NCBI RefSeq assembly: GCF_001194135.2
Contig: NC_068994.1
Coordinates: 18,625,806 to 18,662,897 of the forward strand
Reading direction: 5' to 3'
Source of the DNA: Octopus bimaculoides
Taxonomy: Eukaryota
DNA length: 37,092 bases
This document shows, in pieces, positions 1 to 10,640 of the stretch. Position 1 is the first letter of the stretch. Each line of letters opens with the position of its first letter. The translations under genes were made by a program, and so were the position numbers. Under the pieces are notes generated by a model. It made no database searches. It was not told the origin of the DNA and was given only the letters and a program-made list of their open reading frames with translations.

Positions 1-59
1 AAAAAAATCATTCATGGTGGTGTCCCAGCATGGTCAGATATATTACCACACAACCATGC

Positions 60-229
60 CTTAATTTAGTAAAATAATTTTGTTATGATTAAGTTGGTGT
101 TTGGAACATAAGTTAACATGAAATTTTGACAGACGATTTTAATTTACATCTTTTTAAAAGAGGAAATTTATATCATAGGACAAAGAGTGATCTCAGGCTG
201 GTTGGTATCAAAAGGGTTACATTATTTTG
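60..229 (-). mobile_element. TTAA-MITE family B, partial and degenerate
   Basis: Shares GTTGGTGTTTGGAACATAA and the terminus GGTATCAAAAGGGTTA with the reverse complement of 3564-3785 and 6746-6967. Confidence 0.6.
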
Positions 230-454
230 TGCAATTGTAGAGTGAGATTAGCTATCTGGAGAGAGATGCCCCCCCCCCCCCATCAAGGTTGCTTTGCACA
301 AGATAAATTGCATAAAAGATAGGGGTGCCTATACAAACCAATCAGTTAAGGCATTTACCATTCACTATACAAAATGAAATTAGAAATTTGGAAAAACTAC
401 TATCTTACATCCATTGAAATTTGGAATGGATTATAATCTAAAGAAGTCCTCAAA

Positions 455-1213
455 GTAGGAGCAGGTGTTGGTTTGCTACCATATGGTTTTCAGTTAAGTC
501 TCACAGTTCAACACTTTGAACAAGTGTCTTTTACAATAGCCCCCATGCTAACCAGTGCCTTGAGAGAAAATTTGGTTGATGGAAACTGTGTGGAAGCCTG
601 TCACATGGAAGCCACTCTCCATCATCACCACTTGACAATGAGTATTGGTTTGTTTACATTTCCATGGCACCACCGTTCGAGCATGATCGTTACCAGCTTT
701 GCCTTCCTGGCACTTGTGCCGCAGCTTCACGTTCTTGGCACTTGTGCTGGTGGCACGTGAAAAGACATTCGAGTGAGATCTTTGCCAGATCGTTGCCAGT
801 GCCGCTGGACAGGCTCCTGTGCAGGTGGCACGTAAAATACACCATTTTGAGTGTGGCCGTTGCCAGTACCGCCTGACTTGCCTTCGTGCCAGTGGCACAT
901 AAAAAAGCACCCACCACACTCTCAGAGTGGTTGGTGTTAGGAAGGGCATCCAGCTGTAGAAACTCTGCCAAATCAGATTGGAGCCTGGTGTAGCCATCTG
1001 GTTCACCAGTCCTCAGTCAAATCGTCCAACCCATGCTAGCATGGAAAGCGGACGTTAAACGATGATGATGAACTTGGTACAACAAAAGAGACTGACAGAA
1101 TAAGTAGCAGACTTTAAAAACAAAAAAAGTACTGGAGTCACTTTGTTTGACTAAACCCTTCAAAGTAGCAGTTCTGCATGTCCATAGTCCAATGAACGAA
1201 ACAAGTAAAAGAT
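455..1213 (+). mobile_element. tRNA-derived SINE (family 1), degenerate, split by an insertion at 666-1070
   Basis: Head and middle (455-665, ending GTTTACATTTCCAT) and tail (1071-1213, AACTT...GAAACAAGTAAAAGATA) are collinear with the other family-1 copies, e.g. 19350-19716. Confidence 0.75.
666..1070 (+). mobile_element. 5'-truncated RTE-LINE 3'UTR-type retroelement with (GAT)n tail
   Basis: Ends CCAACCCATGCTAGCATGGAAAGCGGACGTTAAAC-GATGATGATG. Nearly identical to 36952-37092 (minus). A related tail follows an RTE ORF2 C-terminus at 12670-13245. Confidence 0.8.
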
Positions 1214-2190
1214 AGATAAAAATTGATGATTTAAATATTTCTTTTAATGCTAGGAAGAAATAAATAATTCCATTAGAAACAGAGATAATACAGCTTAACA
1301 AAAGATAAAATAAAATTAGAAGCAAAGCTACTATCTCAATTGAGAAGCTACTGTAAGAAATGTGTTTCATTTGCTATTTACATTGATGCACATGAATACT
1401 TTCAGCCTGTTTTTGTTTTTCTATCCAACTTCAAACTTCAGCTGCACATAAAATACAATAATTTACTCAACAATTTTTTTTCAACACTATAATCAAAGTC
1501 GCTCAGACTTATATCAAATATCTTGCATCTTAAAGCAACAAGCAACACTGTGATCAATTTGTCTCTTTGTTTTTGTTTTTTCAAATTATTTACCATATAC
1601 TGCAGCATACAAAACAGCTGGCATGTAAGACCACTACAAAAATTTTTTCTCAAAATACTTATTATCTGCCACATTCTCTGTACAAGAACAAAACATCTCA
1701 TACTTAACACTTAAGTGTTTTTATTTTTTTAATAGACTACTTATATTTTAATACTCTGTAGGCATAGAAATGTCTGGTAGGTATTTTCTTTTCTATAATT
1801 TATGAACAACATCTTTCTATATGAGACAGACAAATGGTAAAATTAGCTATTTATATTAGTTTTTCTTCTTGTGATCAACCAATAAAGTTACACTGGGCTA
1901 AAACTCATAAATTGAACAAACTGTTTCATACAACACATTATCACTGACACTTGGCAATTCTTTTTAATAGCTTCAAATATTGTTTGGCTTTTTATACCAT
2001 TATATGGATGCAGGTATAGCTGTGGAGTTAAGAAGTTCATACTGCAGTCATGAAGTCTATAGTTTATTGGTTTCAGGCTGACCAACTGTATGAACTGTGG
2101 TAGATGAAAGCTGCATTGAAGACCATTAGGTAAATGTGTATACATATATACACACAAGTGTGCATGTGTGTGGATATATTATATATATAT

Positions 2191-2322
2191 AAAACAAAAA
2201 ATAAATGAGTATATGCATATATATGTACAAGTATGTGCATACCTACATCTACCTGTATATATAGGTGCATATCTGAGTACAGGACGTTGCAAACAAAACG
2301 TAGACAAAAAATAATAATAACC
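2191..2322 (+). repeat. Dispersed repeat starting right after a (TA)n tract
   Basis: Roughly 90% identical by eye to 35637-35769. A more diverged relative lies at 19975-20150. Confidence 0.8.
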
Positions 2323-3038
2323 TTGTGTGTATATAATATATATATATATATACATTGAAGGGATTGAGAATCAGACAAATGGCCAGAAAGATAAATAATG
2401 AATTAGACCGTGGTTCTGAATTGGGGTCCATATAAGATTTTGTTGTTAAAATTTATGAGCAATGATATTGTTTATATTTCTACAATACACAAAACATTTT
2501 AACAATTATTTTTCATATGATGATAATATTTAATTGTAAAAATGTAATATGACTTTTTTAAACATCAAATGGCTATAGGGGTTCAGTACAGTAAAACGCT
2601 AATCACAACAGGTCTGTAAGTAAAAAAAATGGTTCACAACAAATGCTGCACTACACAGATGTATAAGATATGAGAGAGCGAGGGAGAAGAGAAAACATAA
2701 TGTGTTTTAACATGAAAGCAGAGAAGGTGAATAAATGAGATCCTAAGAATGGTCAACAACATGATGCATGAGAAAACATCTGTGACCAAAACTAGAAAAT
2801 ACCACAGACAATAAAATCAAATAATAAACATACAACAACAACAATAATAACTTATGTAAAATAATCAGCAAATGAAGAGAACAACCCCACTTCCTTCCTT
2901 TTATGACAAATTAAGGAAGAAGTGTGTGTAATTGTATAATCATGATAACCTTTTACAACAGAAGTTCAAGCAGCACTACACTAACGTAACAGTGGAGGAG
3001 AAATGCAAAACAAAACATTTGAGAACTTGTAATTAGGA

Positions 3039-3335
3039 TCTTTTATCTTTTACTTGTTTCAGTCATTATCATTTTTTTAAACCCTGGTACTTGTTTTATT
3101 GGTCTCTTTTGCCAGACTGCTAAGTTATAGTCATTGTCTAACAGAGGTTGTCAAGTGAAGGTGGGACACACACACAGATATTCTTTTATCCTTTTATTTG
3201 TTTCTGTCATTTGACTGTGGCCATGCTGGGGTACCACCTTGAAGAATTTTAGTCAAATGAATTGAATGCAGTACTTATTTTTTTTTTAAAGCCTGGTACT
3301 TGGTCTCTTTTGCCAAACTGCTAAATTAACTGGTA
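3039..3335 (-). mobile_element. Two adjacent 3' portions of SINE family 1
   Basis: TCTTTT(A)CTTGTTTC..GTCATT starts at 3039 and about 3181. Both contain GGTCTCTTTTGCC..ACTGCTAA. Confidence 0.7.
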
Positions 3336-3563
3336 TTTATTTAATCAGCCCTTACAAGATGAAAGACAAAGTTGATTTTAGTGGAATTAATAATTTGAAT
3401 CCTTAGCAATAACTAAGTTAATTATCATTAGGGCAGTGGAGTGGCAGAGTTGACAGAGCATTGGAGAGAATGTTTTGTGCATTTGTTTCACCTCTTTACA
3501 TTCTGAGTTCAAATTGGCTACAAGCACCATTTTCACTCTTAGCCCTGAATGCTAAAGGCTTAA

Positions 3564-3785
3564 CTCTTTCGGTACCAACCCGGCTGAAATCGCCTCTGGC
3601 TCTGTATTACAAATGTCTTGTCTTCATAAGTTCTGAATTAAAATCTTCCACCATACCTTAGTCACAATTTATGTTCCTAACACTAGCTTAATGATAACTA
3701 AGTTATTTTACTAAATTTTTTGTTATATCTAAAATTAATTGAAAGAAACACAGAGCACCTCAAAATAAATATGGTAATGAAAGGG
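3564..3785 (+). mobile_element. piggyBac-like MITE family B
   Basis: TTAA at 3560-3563 and 3786-3789. Termini CTCTTTC...GAAAGGG. About 90% similar to 6746-6967. Confidence 0.8.
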
Positions 3786-4005
3786 TTAATGGCTTTTCCT
3801 ATACTAGTAAGGATATTAACAGGTGCTAATGTAGATGCAAAATTGTTGGGGGAAAAGAAAGGACAAAAAGAAAAAAAGAACCAGCAGGTACTTTGGGGGG
3901 AAACGTGAATAATATTAATGAAGATTAGCAACATTAGGAAAGATATAAGTAAACTGGACCAGTGAAAGCAGGGTAAATTAAAGAAAGAAGAGAAAAACAA
4001 AAGTA

Positions 4006-4164
4006 ATAATTCATGGGGTACATGCACAACAGTGAGACTCCAAAGAATGTACCAATTCATTCTTAATACATTCTGGCATTCTTTATACGTTCTGGTATTA
4101 AGAATGAAGAATAGATATGTTATTGTTTGGATTCTCACTGTCTCGCATGCATCTCATGAATTAT
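4006..4164. repeat. Imperfect fold-back palindrome (MITE-like)
   Basis: TTCATTCTTAATAC (4056-4069) pairs with GTATTAAGAATGAA (4095-4108). Outer ATAATTCATG pairs with CATGAATTAT, and CAGTGAGA with TCTCACTG. Confidence 0.75.
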
Positions 4165-4469
4165 CTGTTGGCAGACATCAGCATGCATCATCAAATAATT
4201 TGCTGATTTTTATAAACAAAAGTTTGTGCTCATGTTAGATTTATTCGTTTGGCGGGTTAGTTTTGACCAAGGATACACACAGTTAGGTCGGAACATTGCA
4301 GAGTTTGAAAACTCCTTACACTGGTGAATTGTGTGTGTTGGGAACAAACATGATCTAAAGGCAAGAGATGTTCCCTGTTTATGAAAAATAACAGCAATCA
4401 GATATTCATGTTTGAATCTGCCAGAACGTATTAAGAATGAATAGATACATTATTGAAGGGAAAAGTAGA

Positions 4470-5690
4470 TTGGAGGTAATATGCTAAATAAGGAAGAAAG
4501 GAATTGGGACAACAAAGAATTAAAACAGAGAGTAAAGGCAAATGCTACCAAAACCAGAAAACTATCAAGAAACAACTAATATAAGAAAAAAATGCCTTTT
4601 TCAATCAAATCAGAAATGCCTAAACTTGAATGCTGGAGGAAGCAATCTATTTAGAAAAGAAATTTTGGGAAAATATGAGAAACACAATAATAAAGTATAG
4701 TGGATAGGGTACAAGTGCAAAATTACACAGAAAATGTTGGGGTGTAGAAAGATTTTACCATTGTGAAAGCAAATGTCTAAAAAGATTGAAAATGGTATGA
4801 AAGTGGAAAGCTGCAGGACCAGAACTTATCCGTGTTTACTAGCTGAAAGGATTTATATCTTAAATGTGAAATGGCAGTAACACATGACAAACAAATGCCT
4901 TTATGAAAACCTGCCGAAATTTAGCGGGAAGATCAGGCTAAGATGGCAGTGACTATCTGGTCTCAGCTTGTGCCAACCTGAACTGGAAGCATTCAAATTA
5001 GTCTTGCGGAAGCCACTTCATGGAGATGTAAGAAGAGGAAAATGTTGTCACACTTATATTGACAACCTGATTGCCGACATTGGCCTGGAATGTGTCCTGG
5101 ACTTCAAGGCAGTGATGCTGGACCAAGAAATGTGGCAGGTGGACTTAGTGGCTGTGGCCCAGATTAGAACCCAGCCGTAATAAAATATTAACAAAATCTC
5201 CATGAAAGCATAATGATAGAAATGAGTGTATATCAAAGATGTACAATGTGGTTCACAAACAGAAGAATCTACCAACTATTGAAAGATGAAACAAAAGGAA
5301 GCAATGCCTCAAATTATTGACAAATTACATGTCTAGCACAGGTGGAAACTGCTGATAGGATTAACTACAGAGGAGGCATATCAACACCTATATGAGAAGC
5401 ATCTAATGCCTGATGAGCAGAAGGGCTGTTTAAAAAAAGAACAGGGAAATGAATATTTAGACTCGGACAATGTTAAAATTTAGATGGCTTTCAGAGTGAC
5501 TCAGCAAAACTGGTCAGAAAGAACTGTAGCTCAAGACATAAATCAACTTGATTTGCATGGTTAACCAAATGGGCAGCCTTAACTAGAAAGCATAGAAAAA
5601 TCAATGGTTTGAAATTTTGTGTTCCATTACAATTTACCTAGAATGGAAGGTACTGTAGCTCAGTCACAAAGAAATCTTTGTAAGCCCTTC
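4470..5690 (+). pseudogene. R4/Dong-like non-LTR retrotransposon RT remnant, with stops, frameshifts and an RTE insertion
   Basis: Manual translations: ELKQRVKANA, LFQSNQK, KWKAAGPE, WFTNRRIYQLLKDETKGSNASNY*QITCL, TTEEAYQHLYEKHLMPDEQKGC. These resemble the RT N-terminal region of REL-type (R4/Dong) LINEs. Clade is inferred. Confidence 0.7.
4881..5185 (+). mobile_element. RTE-clade LINE ORF2 C-terminal fragment
   Basis: HMTNKCLYENLPKFSGKIRLRW...PELEAFKLVLRKPLHGDVRRGKCCHTYIDNLIAD...AVMLDQEMW, the typical RTE C-terminus, ending TAATAA. Confidence 0.75.
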
Positions 5691-6545
5691 ACATATTACT
5701 CTAAGTATTGGAACTTTACACACATTCTGCCACTCAAGCAAACCATTCTCCTGAGTCCTATACATTCATTTGCTTCAGTTGCATAAAATATTAGATTTTC
5801 TGAGATGAAAAATTACCAGTGTATAACAAATATAAGATTTATATAAAATGCAAAAGAAAGTTGTCTATCTTTATTGCCTACTATGCACCAGTGGTGCATA
5901 CTTTGCAATCTGAGGGATTATAAATGGTTCTGACTGCATCAAAACTGAACGAGATCAAACTAGTTTGAAACTACAATTTACTTTGAGATTGCAACCACAA
6001 ATCACTTAAGGCAAATCTCTTTCTCTCTCTCTCTCACACACACACATGTACATACACATATGTATATGCATACATACACACCTATCTATGAAAAATTTTA
6101 GTCTCTTTGGAAATGTTAATATTGTCCTATTCAATATCATCTCGAAATAAAAACAATAATATAAGAATTGACAAGTAACCATAAATTATTATTTTCGCCT
6201 CTGTAAACACTATAGATATTAACTTAAAACTGTAAGATATTTACCAATACAAGTACAGTTTATGCACCTGACACTACTACTACTACTATTCATGTAACAT
6301 TTGCTCTTTTGAACAAGCTGACTATATACTTTCACAACTTAAACACCAATTTTCTCTCACTCAACTGTCACATCCCTACAAAGTGCATTGCCCAGTCCTT
6401 CTTTTCCATAACAATATCCCTCTAGAACCCTGTCCCTGACAATGTTTTATTCACTGTAAGCAATTTAAATGTTGCATCATTGCACCCAAGTCATTAGGTT
6501 GAACCTATCCATAGATTTTGAAAGACTAATCTTTTTTGATATTAA

Positions 6546-6745
6546 CACTTTAGCATTTAATCTGGCCATATCTGGCTCAAATATTCTACCTGTTGAGATT
6601 AAGACTGTACAGATCCAACCTCTCACACCTACCTTACTACGTCATTCTAAAAATATACAAACACAACCAACAAGATAATGTGTGATTAATTCAAAACAAT
6701 ACAAACAAATAAGCAACACACTTGACAAAGAAATCTGAATGCTAA
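6546..6745 (-). mobile_element. TTAA-MITE family A
   Basis: TTAA-CACTTTAGCATTTAA start and TCTGAATGCTAA end. Collinear with 22590-22806. Confidence 0.7.
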
Positions 6746-6967
6746 CCCTTTTGATACCAACCCGACTGAAACTGCCTCTAGTTCTGTATTACAAATGTTT
6801 TGTTTTCATAAGTTTTGAATTAAAATCTTCCACCAGACCTTAATCACAATTTATGTTCCTAACACTAGCTTAATGATAACTAAGTTATTTTACTAAATTT
6901 TTTGTTATATTTAAAATTAATTGAAAGAAACACAGACCATCTCAAAATGAATACAGTAACAAAAGGT
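6746..6967 (+). mobile_element. piggyBac-like MITE family B
   Basis: CCCTTTTGATACC...GTAACAAAAGGT-TTAA. High similarity to 3564-3785. Confidence 0.8.
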
Positions 6968-7429
6968 TTAACCTGCCTGAAACAATGCCTGGTTTTAAAC
7001 ACAAAAACCACTTGCTTGTTTTAAAGTGTTCCTCTTTAACCTAACACATTCTATCATAATCCTGTGTAAGAAACTTTTGTTAAGTTGTTTCAAACACCAA
7101 AATTATTATGTTAATAAATGAAAAGAATTAGTTATTTTACTAAACTCTTAACAATTGCATGAGAGTTTGAGTCTTTATATGTGTTCAATTTATCTATTTA
7201 TATTTTTGATGAAACAAACAGGTTTTTTATTCTTTATTTTTTTTTGTCATGAGAAATTTAACCTGGAAATAGTTTAAAATGATTAGTAACTTCTCCTGTA
7301 CTCCAGGTTAACATAAATATGTTAACCAGAAGTAACACATGTGAGCACACATACATATGCATGCACAAAAAACAAAACAAAAAACAATAATGACATTAAA
7401 ATCTGAAGACCCATCCAGACTAGTTAGCA

Positions 7430-7433
<4 letters not shown>

Positions 7434-7470
<37 letters not shown>
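7434..7470. repeat. (GT)n microsatellite
   Basis: Direct reading. Confidence 0.95.
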
Positions 7471-7477
<7 letters not shown>

Positions 7478-7830
7478 ATGTCTGTCTAACTATCTATACA
7501 TATATGTGTGTATGTATAAACAAAAATGAAGAGTAATTTCAAAATGGCCGGCAGCATGAATTTGAAGAGCAAAGATGATGGAAGGTACACCAAATGCCAT
7601 ACAAAATAAATTCTTGTTTTACTGAAACTATTCTTGCTATGAGAGAGGTTAAGCAAATACCTTGGAACAATTACAATCAACTGCAAATGAGGAGTTAATG
7701 TCAGAGAATCAAAAAGTCTCATGAATTAACATGCCATTAAAAGAAACGGTCTGTCTCCTGGAAGAAAGGGAATGTATATTTTTGACTCAATGGGTATTAG
7801 CAGCATTTTTTATCCTTGACTCCATATATA

Positions 7831-8032
7831 TATATCAGCATGAAATTTTGTCAGTGAACAGGTTGCGGTCTCAAAGCGACGAAAATATTTTGGCAAATTA
7901 AATTTAAATGTTGAAGTGAATCTAATGGTTTTTGTGTGTTATTTTAAATGGCTTATAAACATCTTCCACGCTGCAATTGTTTTCATTCCAGCACACGATC
8001 TCAGATCAGGTCACTTGCTATGCAAGTATATC
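7831..8032 (+). mobile_element. ~196-bp element next to a (TA)n tract, carrying a hammerhead-like fold (candidate retrozyme or Penelope-derived monomer)
   Basis: Follows a (TA)n tract. TATATC repeated at 7831 and 8027. Hammerhead-like fold at 7839-7910. Confidence 0.5.
7839..7910 (+). ncRNA. Type I hammerhead-ribozyme-like motif, G3-C8 core variant
   Basis: Stem I TTTGTCA/TGGCAAA with a bulged extension; core GTGAACA plus one extra G; stem II GTTGC/GCGAC; GAAA; palindromic stem III AATATT; H17 = U. Confidence 0.5.
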
Positions 8033-8039
8033 TCCATAA

Positions 8040-8072
<33 letters not shown>

Positions 8073-8080
8073 GATATAGT

Positions 8081-8219
8081 ACAAGGATGGAAGTTAACAA
8101 GCTTTAATAGTGGATAATCATATGTTTCTGCACCCCACATTATCTTTAAGTTGCCATGTTCATATTCATGAAAAGTATATTGAGATCCACTATTAGAGCC
8201 CATTAACTTCCATCCTTGT
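8081..8219. mobile_element. Small MITE with ~35-bp terminal inverted repeats
   Basis: ACAAGGATGGAAGTTAA...TAATAGTGGAT versus ATCCACTATTA...TTAACTTCCATCCTTGT. Flanked by (TAA)n and (TTA)n. Confidence 0.8.
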
Positions 8220-8857
8220 GTTATTATTATTATTATTATATCAATACTACACAGAAAGGAGTTCTACATGTATATCCATAGATGGAAATACCCTGAGGTA
8301 TAACATGTGGTAGCCACTCAGCAACATAGGAGCTCTTAAATGTGTATTAAGAGATTTTTACCCAAAATACACTAAGCATGTTTGTGTGTGTGTGTAATTA
8401 TTTAGGTGGGTGCCGGCGGTGCTCATGATCTCAGATTCTCAGAGACTTAAGATTAGCATCTTTAATCACTTGTAAGCTGACGTCTGCAAGAAAGATATAG
8501 GCTTAGAGAGAATTCCAGAAGATTGATGCTTGGGGGGGGGGGCAATGTCATTAGTGCAGGGATTGTTGTAAGGAGAGGGTCAAGATTCAGTATAGGTGAC
8601 AAGAAAAGGAAAACTCAGAGTGTTGAGTAGGCTGAAGTGGATGGAGACAGTGAAATAATATAAGGAACAAAAATGTATGAATGTACATTACCAACTTTTA
8701 ACTTTGTCATTAATCTGTGGACTTACCTAGAAAATAAAATAAAACAAACAAATTATAATAATTGAAACATAAAGAAGCATATAATTTCAGCTTAATGTCT
8801 TCAAATTTCTATGAATGAGTATAAGGCTAACATGTTTAATGCTAAGGTGTTTAACGC

Positions 8858-9317
8858 TACCATTACACATAGAACTAATATATTATTATTACGTGGAAAA
8901 AAGCGAGCAAGAGAAATAATATTCTCAAGATTATATAAACCTGAAAAATTACAGGGCAAGTTAAAACACTTTGAAAAGTTCAGGACAACTTATTACATCT
9001 GGTAAAGTACAGAACAAGAAAATTATTGAAAATAAAAAAACAACTCAAAATATTTTTTGCACTTTAAAAAAATTCATTTTTTAAATTATTAATTAATAAT
9101 TAGAAATTTAAAAATAGGTTATAAAAAATAATAGTAGTACATAATTAGTTTGTACAATAAATAGAATACAAAAATTAGTTATATATTACAGTAAAATCTA
9201 CCTATAACAACAAGTTCACAGTAAAATTTGCTTGAGTTTATAATCTTAAGAATATTATTTCTCTTGCTCGCATTTTCTATGTAATCCATGTTTTTTCCAG
9301 TCTATGTTATTATGGTA
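8858..9317. mobile_element. Fold-back/MITE-like element with long inverted repeats
   Basis: GCGAGCAAGAGAAATAATATTCT.AAGATTATA (about 8903-8935) inverts to TATAATCTTAAGAATATTATTTCTCTTGCTCGC (about 9239-9271). Weaker pairing extends outward. Confidence 0.7.
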
Positions 9318-10232
9318 ATTAATAATGTGTCAAATGTGTCAATTAGCGGTGTTGTTGATAATTTTTTCCTTACCTCAATGACGCAGGCAACATATTAAAA
9401 GTCCCCTTATATAGAACTATATTTATAAAAAAGTATAGAACTATATAATCACCCTCAAATTTGAGAAACAAACACTCAACTTTTTTCTTTTAAAACTTCA
9501 TTGCACAAGATTGATACCATGAAATTCCTTGAATTGAGTTGTATCATTTAAGCTTAATTAAAATACAGCTTGTTTTTAAAATAAAAAAAGTTAATTATAC
9601 TTAAATCCAATTTTTTGCTTTACTCAAATTTTTCATGATATTTTACCTCACAACTTTTATGATATAAATTTTTGTTACATGGGAACAAAACTATGAAATT
9701 CTTCATGCTTTCTTCTATCACTGAAGCAAAGATAAATATATTTTGCTTTTAAAATAAAAAAAAGTTATTTAGATCTAAACTTGATTGGTGCTGTTACTTA
9801 CTCTCCTATAATGTTGCTACAAATTTTAATGTAAACGTTTTTCTACTGGATCAAATCTCAATTTGTTTATGCCAAAATGTAGCTAGGGACCATTCTGCTT
9901 CAAAAATGTTAACAGTTTTCAATTTGGTTAAGAACTGAATTAGCAACAAGCTCTGAAAGATGCTGCATGTGAATGAATTGCAGCCTTAAGAATATTATCC
10001 AACTACTATTGTAGTTGAATGATAACTATGGCTGTAGCATTGTTGAGTAAAGTACATACAACACTATGGAGAGGTAATACTTATCCCCACTTAAATATGG
10101 ATGTTCAGTTAGAATAAATTATATTACAGTAGACACCATGAAAAAAGCTCTTATTTTGGCTTTTGGTGCAGAATGCACTCTTGTTTATATTGCTAGTGGG
10201 AAGGTAAATCCCTGCAACCTCCAACACTGAGA

Positions 10233-10279
10233 CCACCAGATCACATGATTTCGACCTTCCTTGATTTCATCAATGATGG
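10233..10279 (-). ncRNA. Type I hammerhead ribozyme, copy 1
   Basis: Minus strand reads CCATCA-TTGATGA-AATC-AAGGAA-GGTC-GAAA-TCA-TG-TGA-T-C-TGGTGG. AUC cleavage triplet. The 10.1-11.1 pair is an A-C mismatch. Confidence 0.7.
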
Positions 10280-10593
10280 ATGCTTGACTGCTAGAGATAG
10301 CAGTGACTCATTTCCCTACCAACAATATATAGAATAACAGTGCCAGAACAGGTACTGGTGTCATGATTAGCCAATGAAATTGTTACAAAATATAGATTAA
10401 CAACAGAGGCAGTATTAATACCAAGAGGTAATATCTATCCTCACTTAAATGTGGATGTTCTGTCAGAACAAACTATACTGTTATAAATACCATGAGAAAA
10501 ACTCTCATATTGGCTTTTGGTGTAAAATGCAAAATGCACTCTTGTTTATATTGCTAGCAGGGAGATAAATCCTGGCAACCTCCAGCACCGAGA

Positions 10594-10640
10594 CCACCAG
10601 ATCAAGTGATTTCAACCTTCTTTGGTCTCATCAATGATGG
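10594..10640 (-). ncRNA. Type I hammerhead ribozyme, copy 2
   Basis: Minus strand reads CCATCA-TTGATGA-GACC-AAAGAA-GGTT-GAAA-TCA-CT-TGA-T-C-TGGTGG. All three stems form, AUC triplet, and stem I extends via GAG/CTC. Confidence 0.8.

Noticed and set aside
473-1006. Several overlapping ORFs of 70-152 aa
   Set aside because: They lie wholly within a SINE and an RTE 3'UTR repeat. The local GC content explains the open frames.
5405-5440. CTGATGA at about 5412 as a hammerhead core
   Set aside because: No stem II or GAAA follows. It is coding sequence (PDEQ) of the LINE remnant.
7543-7585. ATG exon MAGSMNLKSKDDG with a YY1-like AAAATGGCCG motif
   Set aside because: Weak donor (GTACAC), no promoter context and no recognisable downstream exon.
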